DNA of 64,000 nt from NCBI GenBank assembly GCA_963756155.1, contig CAVWMQ010000010.1:8102-72101 (forward strand), written 5' to 3'. This document shows, piece by piece, positions 30,298 to 40,312 of the stretch; positions within the stretch are counted from its first letter, which is position 1, and each line of letters starts with the position of its first letter. Under the pieces are notes generated by a model, which was not told where the DNA came from, did no database searches, and saw only the letters and a program-made list of their open reading frames with translations. Position numbers and translations under genes: made by a program. Source of the stretch: an uncultured delta proteobacterium. GTDB lineage: Bacteria > Desulfobacterota > Binatia > Binatales > Binataceae.

Positions 30298-31353
30298 CTA
30301 CTTCCTGTCTTCGCTGTGACCGCCTTCGGATTTTCCCTCCGATCTCGACTGCTGCTGATGAGCGGCTTGCTCGTGCTGCGGCTGCTGATGCGAGGCCTGC
30401 GCCTGGCTGTGCTGCGTACGCGACTGCTGCTCGGCGCGCGCCTGCTGTTGCTGCCCGCGATTGGCCTGCTGCTTATGGGTCGCATGCTGCTGAGTCGCAG
30501 TCGCATGCTGCTGCGTTGCGGTCGCGCGCTGCTGGCGGTCCTGCGCATTGCTTGCCTGCTGTTGACGATTCGCGTGCTCATGACGACTAGCCTGCTGCTT
30601 GCGGGTCGCTTCCTGTTGCGTTGCAGTCGCGCGCTGCTGACGATCCTGCGCGTTGCTGGCCTGCTGCTGGCGATTCTGCTGCTGCTGACGCGTGTTCTGC
30701 TGCTGGCGGGTCGCCTCCTGTTGCACCGACGCCGCGCGTAGGTTGCGATCCTGTTCGTTCATCGCGAGGTTCTGGTTGTTCATCGTGGCTCGATGATCAG
30801 AAATTTCGGTGTGCCTGGCCCAGTTCTGATGCTGGCTCATCCAGTTAGGATGATTGCTCGCCACCCAGCCCGGATTCTGGTTGTACCACCATTCGCCGTA
30901 GTGCCACGTGTGATTGGTGTCGTAGGCGCCGTCCTGCGCGAGCCACAGCGGGTTGAACGAAACCCATTGCGGATGATTGCTATAGAAGAAGTCGGGATTG
31001 TTCTGATGCCACCAATAGGCGTCGTGCCACACGTTGCTGTTGTCATAGTCGCCATAGCTCATGAGCTGAGCCCACATCGCGGGATTCGCGTTCAGGTAGG
31101 CCTGCAGCGCGGGATGTGAGGCGCGCCAGTTGGCGTTGTAGATCAGCTCCGGATTCTGCGCGAGTTCGTTGCCGACCACGGGATGATTGGCCAGGAACTG
31201 TCCAAAGCTCTCGCCCATCGGGTCGGAGAACCAGGGGTAGTTGACCGGGAAGCTCAGTACCTGCACAGATGGCGGTTCTCCATACTGTGCCCACGCCGGC
31301 GTTGCGAGTGCCAGCGCGAAAACCGCGCCGAGCACAATTGCGGATCGTTTCAT
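30298..31353 (-). CDS. secreted repeat protein: Trp/Asn-rich N-terminal domain plus Gln-rich tandem-repeat C-terminal tail
   Basis: Signal peptide MKRSAIVLGAVFALALATPAWA. Repeated (N/S)NHP.W / NP..W motifs (…NHPQWVSFNPLW…NPGWVASNHPNWMSQHQNW…). The C-terminus carries ~35-aa tandem repeats (NRQQQASNAQDRQQRATATQQ…), also visible as DNA direct repeats at 30350-30700. Confidence 0.6.
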   Translation of the reverse strand: MKRSAIVLGAVFALALATPAWAQYGEPPSVQVLSFPVNYPWFSDPMGESFGQFLANHPVVGNELAQNPELIYNANWRASHPALQAYLNANPAMWAQLMSYGDYDNSNVWHDAYWWHQNNPDFFYSNHPQWVSFNPLWLAQDGAYDTNHTWHYGEWWYNQNPGWVASNHPNWMSQHQNWARHTEISDHRATMNNQNLAMNEQDRNLRAASVQQEATRQQQNTRQQQQNRQQQASNAQDRQQRATATQQEATRKQQASRHEHANRQQQASNAQDRQQRATATQQHATATQQHATHKQQANRGQQQQARAEQQSRTQHSQAQASHQQPQHEQAAHQQQSRSEGKSEGGHSEDRK

Positions 31354-31422
31354 TTCAAAACCTCCGGTTTCACAACCTGATGCCCGCAGCGGCGCGGCGG
31401 ACCAGCAGGCCGGAAATATCGT

Positions 31423-31475
31423 CTCTGTAGGGACTGCGTCTCGGGTAGGGACTGGATCTCTGTAGGGACAGTATC
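31423..31475. promoter_or_regulatory. array of three tandem 18-bp direct repeats (core GTAGGGAC) ~160 nt upstream of uvrB
   Basis: tctctgtagggactgcg t / ctcgggtagggactgga t / ctctgtagggacagtat c, with an exact 18-bp period. Candidate transcription-factor binding array. The third unit reads CTGT-N4-ACAG. Confidence 0.5.
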
Positions 31476-31637
31476 GAGCCTACCACCCGCCGTCAGCCGC
31501 GTCGCTGAACGGTTCGCAAGGTCACCGCGAATCGCGGGTGATTCGTGACAATTGGTACCTCAGGGCACGGCTAATACTCATGCGCCCGCATCCCTGCTAA
31601 ACTGGGTCAACTATCCGGCTGAACTGGAGCGATTGCG

Positions 31638-33872
<2,235 letters not shown>

Positions 33873-33882
33873 TCACCCACGC

Positions 33883-33926
33883 GATCGTGCGAGCGGCACG
33901 CGCGATGCGCGCCGCTCGCACGATCG
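33883..33926. terminator. bidirectional terminator hairpin between uvrB (+) and SDR gene (-)
   Basis: Perfect 16-bp inverted repeat cgatcgtgcgagcggc … gccgctcgcacgatcg with a 13-nt loop. It starts 11 nt after the uvrB stop. Confidence 0.6.
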
Positions 33927-33989
33927 CTCCCCGCCCGCCGCGCCGCGCGCCGAAACGGCGCGCGCCGCACCAAATCGCCTGCGACTCGC

Positions 33990-34832
33990 TCAGCCCTCGA
34001 ACGACGGCCCCATGAATCCGCCCGGCAGGATGAATCCCGCCCCATCCGCCGCCTGCGCGGCCTGGTAACTGGCCCCCAGCGTCAAGCCGCCGTCGACCAC
34101 CAGCGCATGACCGGTGATGAATTCCGCCTCGTCGCTGGCCAGGAACAACGCCGCGTTGCAGATGTCCTCGGGATGTCCTGCGCGCGGGTACGGCTGCGAC
34201 TTCGCGAGCATCTGCTCGAGCGCTTCGGACACGCCGGGCTGGTTGCGATGCAGGATCGGAGTGTTGATGCCGCCCGGGCAGATGCAATTGACCCGGATCC
34301 GATCCTTGCCGAACTCCAGTGCCGCGCTGCGCGTCAGGTTCACCACTCCGGCCTTCGCCGCGCAGTAGGCGTGCAGACTCGCGTAGCCGCGGATGCCGGC
34401 GACCGACGCGGTCGAGACGATAGAGCCGCCGCCGCGCTTGCGCATCTCGGACACCGAGTACTTGATTCCCAGGAACACGCCGCGCAGCAGCACTGCCTGC
34501 GAGCGGTCCCAGTTCTCCACCGTAATTTTTTCCAGCGGCCCAATGGCCCCGCCGATTCCCGCGTTGTTGTACGTGATGTCGAGGCCGCCGAATTCCTTGA
34601 CCGCGCGATCGATCATCGCCTTGACGCCTTCCTCGGCCGACACGTCGGTTTTCTGAAACACCGCGCGTCCGCCGTTCTCCTTGCAGTCGCGCACCGTCGC
34701 CTCGCCGCCTTCCGCGTTCAGGTCCGCGACCACCACCGCGGCGCCTTCGCCGGCGAAGCGAATCGCCGTCGCGCGTCCCATCCCGCTGGCCGCACCGGTG
34801 ATGACCGCAACTTTTCCATTCAGTCTGCCCAT
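33990..34832 (-). CDS. SDR family NAD(P)-dependent oxidoreductase
   Basis: MGRLNGKVAVITGAASGMGRA… (TGxxxGxG)…NNAG…catalytic YxxxK (YCAAK). Confidence 0.85.
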   Translation of the reverse strand: MGRLNGKVAVITGAASGMGRATAIRFAGEGAAVVVADLNAEGGEATVRDCKENGGRAVFQKTDVSAEEGVKAMIDRAVKEFGGLDITYNNAGIGGAIGPLEKITVENWDRSQAVLLRGVFLGIKYSVSEMRKRGGGSIVSTASVAGIRGYASLHAYCAAKAGVVNLTRSAALEFGKDRIRVNCICPGGINTPILHRNQPGVSEALEQMLAKSQPYPRAGHPEDICNAALFLASDEAEFITGHALVVDGGLTLGASYQAAQAADGAGFILPGGFMGPSFEG

Positions 34833-35050
34833 GTCGAATTACCTGCCTCGTTAAAATTGAGAGCGCCTCGGCGCTCTGCTTTCTCATCCGACTTGCTAGC
34901 ACCAAGGAACCCGCACGCGCCAACCGCCGTCGGGTCCAGCGCAATGCCGCTCAAACCACATGAACGTAACTGCGCGTCGATGCCGCGGTTCATGCGGGCA
35001 TGATCTTCTATTGCTAAAGAATAAAAAAACTTTACCGTTAAACTATTCGG

Positions 35051-37225
35051 TTGGATCCTGACCGAGAAGTTATTTTGCAGAGTCTCACCGAAAAACAAGT
35101 TCTGTATCTGTTAGCTCAGTTCGTGCTGCTGATGTTCACCGCTCGCTTTCTTGCCGATCTGATGCGGCGATGGGGGCAGGCTACGGTGATCGGCGAGCTG
35201 CTAGCCGGTCTGATTCTGGGTCAGTCGATTCTGGGCCATTTTGCGCCCGGCATTTTCCACCTGATCTTCCCGCCCGATCTCGTTGGCCCTCATTTGCTGG
35301 AGGGCTTGGCATGGGTCGGCGTCATCATGCTGCTGCTATGCACCGGCCTCGAGACCGAACTCGAGATCCTGCGCGGGATGGGCCACCTCGCGACCCTCGT
35401 ATCGACGCTGGGTATTGTCGTGCCGCTCGCGGGCGGTTTCGCGCTCGGATGGTGGATGCCAGCGGCTTACCTGGCCGCCCCAAACCAGCGCCTGATCTTT
35501 TCCATGTTCTTGGCTATTACCATGGCGATTTCCGCGGTGCCGGTAATCGCGAAAATTCTCATCGACCTCGACTTGTTAAGGCGCGAACTCGGCTTGCTGA
35601 TTCTCGCCGCCGGCATTCTCGATGACTCCGTTGGATGGCTGCTGCTCTCGATCGTTGCGGGACTGGCGGCGCGCGGCAAGGTCGATCTGCGCAGCCTGCT
35701 CGTGATTGTCGCTTACTCCAGCTCGTTTTGCGTCTTCTGTTACTTCCTCGGCTTTCGTTTGATCTCGCGCGTCATGCGCTGGGTGGACGATCACGCGGTC
35801 GTCGAATATGCCGCGGTGACCACGATGGTCACCATCGCTTTCGGATGCGCCGTTATCACGCAAGCTATCGGCATCCACGCCGTGTTCGGCGCATTCGTTG
35901 CCGGCGTGATGTTGCGGGGCGCGGCGCGCACGCGCAAAATCGATCGCGAACAGCTCGAGGCGGTCACGATGGGCGTTCTGGCGCCGCTGTTCTTTGCCTA
36001 CTCGGGGCTCAAGACCGATCTTTTCAGTCTGACCGGCTTTGCGATTCCATTGCTGGTGCTGGGCGTTGCGTGCGCCGGCAAGATTGTCGGTTGCAGCTTG
36101 GGTGGCTTGCTCGGTGGACTCAAGTGGCGCGAGGCGATCGCGGTTGCCTCGGGCATGAATGCGCGCGGAGGCATGGAGATAGTCGCTGCGCTGCTCGGAC
36201 TCAGCCTCGGAATCCTGACCCCGCAGATGTACACCGTGATCGTACTAGTCGCGGTGGTGACCTCGATCATGGCGCCGCCGATGCTTGCCTGGGCGCTGAG
36301 CGACGTTCCGGAGCGAGCCAGCGAGGTAGAGCGCTCCGAGCGCGAGAAAATTCGCGCGCTGATGCCCTTCTCGCGCGAGGGCGCCAAGCTCCTGGTGGTG
36401 GATGGCGGAGGGCCGCATACCCAGCTCGCGACGCACTTGGCGGCCGCGCTGGGCAATCATACCGAGGCCACTATCGCGGTTCTCCAACTGAGCAACGCGA
36501 CCAGCGCCAGCGATGAAAAGGCGGACCTCAACGAACGCTTCGCCAAACTCAAGATGATCGCCGAATTGTGCGATGCCGCCCACGTCATCCAGCGCTCTGC
36601 CGCCGGCGAGTCGATTTCGGAAGCAATCATCCAGGAAGCGCAGCGCGGTTACGACGCGATCTTTGTGGGCGTGTCCCAGGTCCAGGGAGAGGAGTTGCTC
36701 AAGGACCCGGTCTTGCTCGAGGTCCTGCGTGATTCGCCCGCTCCGGTCGTGATCGTCCGGTATCTCGAAGGCGCTGCCGTGCCCTTCCAGCGGGTGATCG
36801 CGCCCGTAACCGGCGCCGCGTACTCGCGCCGCGGCGCCATTATGGCGATGCTGTATGCGCAGGCCATCGCGACCCGGGTCACTGCGCTCTACGTGATGGA
36901 GAATCCCGAAGGGCGCTTTCCCGGAATGCTCCGCGGAATTCGTATGGCCCGCACCGGGCAGCAGATCGTCGACGAGATCAAAGTGCTTGGCACCGAACTG
37001 GATCTCGTGATCGATGGGCAAGTCGGCGCCGGCCGCAAACCCGAGTCGGTAATTCTACATACCGTCGAGACCGGCAAGTTCGACCTGCTGGTCATGGGAG
37101 TACTCTCCCGCACCGCCGAGCAGCGTTTGTACTTTGGCCCAAAGGTCGATCGGCTTCTCAGAGACTCCAATTGCTCAGTCGCGATCGTCGTCTCTCCCGC
37201 CACTGAGACAGCGCTAAAGAACTAG
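35051..37225 (+). CDS. cation:proton antiporter (CPA2/Kef-type) fused to two C-terminal universal stress protein (UspA) domains
   Basis: N-terminal ~400 aa with ~12 TM helices (…VIGELLAGLILGQSILG…). The C-terminus has two Usp-like modules (…LLVVDGGGPHTQLATHLAAALG… and …VIAPVTGAAYSRRGAIMAMLYAQA…VLSRTAEQRLYFGPKVDRLLRDSNCSVAIVV). The start is uncertain; 35051 is an alternative codon. Confidence 0.75.
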   Translation: MDPDREVILQSLTEKQVLYLLAQFVLLMFTARFLADLMRRWGQATVIGELLAGLILGQSILGHFAPGIFHLIFPPDLVGPHLLEGLAWVGVIMLLLCTGLETELEILRGMGHLATLVSTLGIVVPLAGGFALGWWMPAAYLAAPNQRLIFSMFLAITMAISAVPVIAKILIDLDLLRRELGLLILAAGILDDSVGWLLLSIVAGLAARGKVDLRSLLVIVAYSSSFCVFCYFLGFRLISRVMRWVDDHAVVEYAAVTTMVTIAFGCAVITQAIGIHAVFGAFVAGVMLRGAARTRKIDREQLEAVTMGVLAPLFFAYSGLKTDLFSLTGFAIPLLVLGVACAGKIVGCSLGGLLGGLKWREAIAVASGMNARGGMEIVAALLGLSLGILTPQMYTVIVLVAVVTSIMAPPMLAWALSDVPERASEVERSEREKIRALMPFSREGAKLLVVDGGGPHTQLATHLAAALGNHTEATIAVLQLSNATSASDEKADLNERFAKLKMIAELCDAAHVIQRSAAGESISEAIIQEAQRGYDAIFVGVSQVQGEELLKDPVLLEVLRDSPAPVVIVRYLEGAAVPFQRVIAPVTGAAYSRRGAIMAMLYAQAIATRVTALYVMENPEGRFPGMLRGIRMARTGQQIVDEIKVLGTELDLVIDGQVGAGRKPESVILHTVETGKFDLLVMGVLSRTAEQRLYFGPKVDRLLRDSNCSVAIVVSPATETALKN

Positions 37226-37324
37226 TCGACGCGACGCTGTAAACGCGAGCGGCCCTCCGGGGGCTCCGGACGCGACGCTAGATCGCGACGGTAGAATGAT
37301 GCCGCGCTGGAGTTCCCCTCCGCT

Positions 37325-38362
37325 TTGCGATTGCCGCACTGCCGCGGGGCATGTCAGGCTAGGCGCGTGGAATGGCAACTCGAGGCGGACGCGCGCCCCG
37401 ACTTCGCGGCGGCGCTCCGTGAGCGCGCGCTCGCGCCGCTGGTCCGCCGCGGGCCGCGCACGTTGCAGGTCAACGTCGGCAAACTCTGCAACCAGGCCTG
37501 CCATCATTGCCACGTCGACGCCGGCCCCAAGCGCCGCGAGCAGATGAACGCGGATACGGCAGAGCGCGTGATACGAATACTCGAGCGCAGCGCCGGAGCG
37601 GAAACGATCGACATTACCGGCGGCGCGCCGGAATTGAACCAAAACTTTAGATTCCTCGTAGAAGCCGCGCGCGCGCTCGGCCGCCGCGTCATCGTGCGAT
37701 GCAACCTTACCGTCATCCTCGAGCCCGCGATGGAATGGCTGCCGGAGTTTTATCGCGCCAATAAAGTCGAGCTGGTCTGCTCGCTGCCTTGCTATACCGC
37801 CGACAACACGGACCGCCAGCGCGGCGCGGGCGTCTTTCACAAGAGCATCGAGGCGCTGCACCTATTAAATGACCTCGGCTACGGACGCGCCGGAATCGCC
37901 CTGCGCCTTGACCTGGTCTACAATCCCGTCGGCGCAAGCCTGCCGCCGGCGCAGGCGGAGCTCGAGGCTCGCTACCGCGCCGAGCTTAGCAACGGATTTG
38001 GAATCGAGTTCGGCAATCTACTGACGATCACCAACATGCCGATCAGCCGCTTTGCCGATCAGCTCGCGCGCTGGGGCATGGAGCGCGAGTACATGAGCCT
38101 GCTGGTGAATCACTTCAATCCCGCGACGGTCGAGAACCTGATGTGCCGCGACCTGGTAAGCGTCGGCTACACCGGCGCGCTGTACGACTGCGACTTCAAC
38201 CAGATGCTGGAAATCCCGCTACGCGGCCGCAACGCCCGCGCGCTCACCATCTGGGATCTCGACGACCTCGATACCCTCCGCGACGCGCCAATCGCAACCG
38301 GCGCCCATTGCTTCGGATGCACCGCGGGCGCGGGCTCAAGCTGCGGCGGCGCTCTAGCCTGA
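37325..38362 (+). CDS. radical SAM / Cys-rich domain protein (ArsS-like, TIGR04167-type), Cys-form
   Basis: CNQACHHCHV (Cx3Cx2C radical-SAM cluster motif)…VCSLPCYT…C-terminal HCFGCTAGAGSSCGG. Many members of this family carry selenocysteine in the C-terminal CxxU/C motif. Here the position is Cys with no in-frame TGA. Confidence 0.65.
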   Translation: MRLPHCRGACQARRVEWQLEADARPDFAAALRERALAPLVRRGPRTLQVNVGKLCNQACHHCHVDAGPKRREQMNADTAERVIRILERSAGAETIDITGGAPELNQNFRFLVEAARALGRRVIVRCNLTVILEPAMEWLPEFYRANKVELVCSLPCYTADNTDRQRGAGVFHKSIEALHLLNDLGYGRAGIALRLDLVYNPVGASLPPAQAELEARYRAELSNGFGIEFGNLLTITNMPISRFADQLARWGMEREYMSLLVNHFNPATVENLMCRDLVSVGYTGALYDCDFNQMLEIPLRGRNARALTIWDLDDLDTLRDAPIATGAHCFGCTAGAGSSCGGALA

Positions 38363-38436
38363 AAACAGGCAGCCCGCGCTCAGCAGACGACCCCAAGAAT
38401 TTCGTAGAGTGTCTCCCTTGATGAGATCGGCGCCTG

Positions 38437-40143
38437 TTACGTGGGCGACGACATTCGCGCGGGTCCGCGGAGATTGCGCACTGCCGGATGCACGCCTTGA
38501 TCGGGCGGACGTAGGTGTTCGACATCTGATACTGAAACGCGATGGCCGCCTCCGGCCTTGATGGCTACCGATGCCGGCGGTCTGACCGGCACACCGTCGA
38601 TCAGTGCTCCCCTCACATCGCGCAGCATCATGACCGGCTCCGGACCCGCGACCGTGTTCGTGTGCAGACCGGTGATCTTTAGTCTCGCGACGTCGTCGAA
38701 CCACAGGGCGGGCCGTTGATCGGGCTTGTTGCAGCGCTCACGCCAATTTGTGATCGCGAGCTCGTCGACGTGGCGGGCATACAACGAATGCGTGGGCAGC
38801 GGACCGAACATCTCGCCGCCGGGATAGTCAGCCGGCAGTTCCGGGACCTGGATTTGAACGAATGAACCGCCGCCCGGCTCGCTCACGTCGATATTGCGCA
38901 GAGCCACATCGCAGATCGGACTGCCGGGCAGTCCGGAGATTGAGCTGGGGCGCGCGGAATCCATCGCGATGACCCGGTCGATAGTAATGTTGCGCATCGC
39001 GCCGGGACGGCGCAGCGCCATTCCGCGCCCGCGCTCGCCCAGGCGCAGAAAAATGGGCGTGCGGACGCCGCGCATCACCACGCCAGAAATCGTCACCCCA
39101 TCGACCGTGCCGCCATCCACCGACGTGATCGAGATGCCCGCGATCGGAGCGCGTCCGCGGCTGCGGTTCATTATCACGCAGTGGCACATGGTGACCGCGT
39201 GCAGGTCGCCCTCGCTTTCAGTTCCGAACTTGAACCCGTTGCAGGAGGTCCTGAGTATGCAATTGTCCACGGTGAGATTATTAGTGGCGAGGCGGCGGCC
39301 GAGTGCCAGGCTGGCCTTTGCGCAAATCGCATCATCGAACGTGTCGATATAGCAATTGGAGATACGCACATCCGAGGAATCGTCGGGGTCAATCCCATCG
39401 GCATAGCCATTTAGTATTCGGACATTGTCAATATCGACGTCGCGGCTGCCGACCAGGCTGATGTTGTAGTTCGAGGAATTGCGCAGGGTGATATCCCGGA
39501 TGGCCACGTGGCGGCAGTTTTTGAGCGCAATCAACTTCGGACCACCGCGCTCGCTCCGATTGCCGTCGATGGCGCCCGCGCCGTCGATAGCTACATCAGT
39601 TACCCCGTCACCCGACAGAAGTGAGTAATGAGTATAGGTCGTGTCCGGGTCGTCGATAGTGCGCCGGAGCAGGGCGGGCCGGAATAGCGCAGCGATCGGA
39701 TGATCGACGATGCCGCGCGCCGACCAGGTGACGGGACCATAACTGATGCTGGCGGCGGGCGGCATCTCGTAGGAGTCGAAGTCGGAATCGTTGCGGCTCG
39801 CAAGCAGCACCGCGCCGTCGGCTAGCCGCAGCATCACCCGGCTGCGCAGATGGATGGTTCCGCTGCGATAGGTTCCCGCGGGCAGGATCACGGTTCCGCC
39901 GCCGGCTGTAGCAGCGGCGTCGACGGCAGCCTGGATCGCGGCTGTATCACTGGAGACACCGTTGCCGCGCGCGCCATAGTGACGGATGTCGTAATACGGC
40001 GGCGGTCGGTTCTGGATCAGACAGATTGCCAGCACGAGAAGTGAAAGCGAGGCCGCCAGTGCGACTAGGCCCTCGACAGCCGAGCGTTTGCGGTTGAACA
40101 GGCTATTCAGATTCATAGTGGCGGGAAAGGAAACACCCGCCAT
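38437..40143 (-). CDS. right-handed beta-helix glycoside hydrolase family 28 / pectate-lyase-superfamily protein, membrane-anchored
   Basis: N-terminal TM anchor, then …YYDIRHYGARGNGVSSDTAAIQAAVDAAATAGGGTVILPAGTY…NCYIDTFDDAICAKAS…CNGFKFGTESEG… These are typical GH28/PbH1 repeats. Confidence 0.75.
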   Translation of the reverse strand: MAGVSFPATMNLNSLFNRKRSAVEGLVALAASLSLLVLAICLIQNRPPPYYDIRHYGARGNGVSSDTAAIQAAVDAAATAGGGTVILPAGTYRSGTIHLRSRVMLRLADGAVLLASRNDSDFDSYEMPPAASISYGPVTWSARGIVDHPIAALFRPALLRRTIDDPDTTYTHYSLLSGDGVTDVAIDGAGAIDGNRSERGGPKLIALKNCRHVAIRDITLRNSSNYNISLVGSRDVDIDNVRILNGYADGIDPDDSSDVRISNCYIDTFDDAICAKASLALGRRLATNNLTVDNCILRTSCNGFKFGTESEGDLHAVTMCHCVIMNRSRGRAPIAGISITSVDGGTVDGVTISGVVMRGVRTPIFLRLGERGRGMALRRPGAMRNITIDRVIAMDSARPSSISGLPGSPICDVALRNIDVSEPGGGSFVQIQVPELPADYPGGEMFGPLPTHSLYARHVDELAITNWRERCNKPDQRPALWFDDVARLKITGLHTNTVAGPEPVMMLRDVRGALIDGVPVRPPASVAIKAGGGHRVSVSDVEHLRPPDQGVHPAVRNLRGPARMSSPT

Positions 40144-40312
40144 CAGGATACAAGCGCGCCGTGGCTGCCGTCAAAATGGCGAAATCCAGTATTGGGCCTA
40201 CCGAAAGGCTGATCAGGCGCAGCGCCCGGATCCGAATCCCTCTCCCACCCAGTTATGGTAGAGCAATTCGGACCTTAACTCGAATTAGCGGCGAATCATC
40301 TCGTCCCGAACA

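Noticed and set aside
30350-30700. Tandem DNA repeats at 30.35-30.70 kb as a CRISPR or other non-coding repeat array
   Set aside because: They lie inside a continuous ORF with a signal peptide and encode the Gln-rich tandem-repeat tail. They have no spacer-repeat architecture.
38300-38362. Possible selenocysteine (TGA read-through) at the ArsS-like C-terminal Cys motif
   Set aside because: The motif is encoded by TGC/TGT codons with no in-frame TGA, and the ORF ends at a normal TGA. No SECIS-like hairpin is needed.
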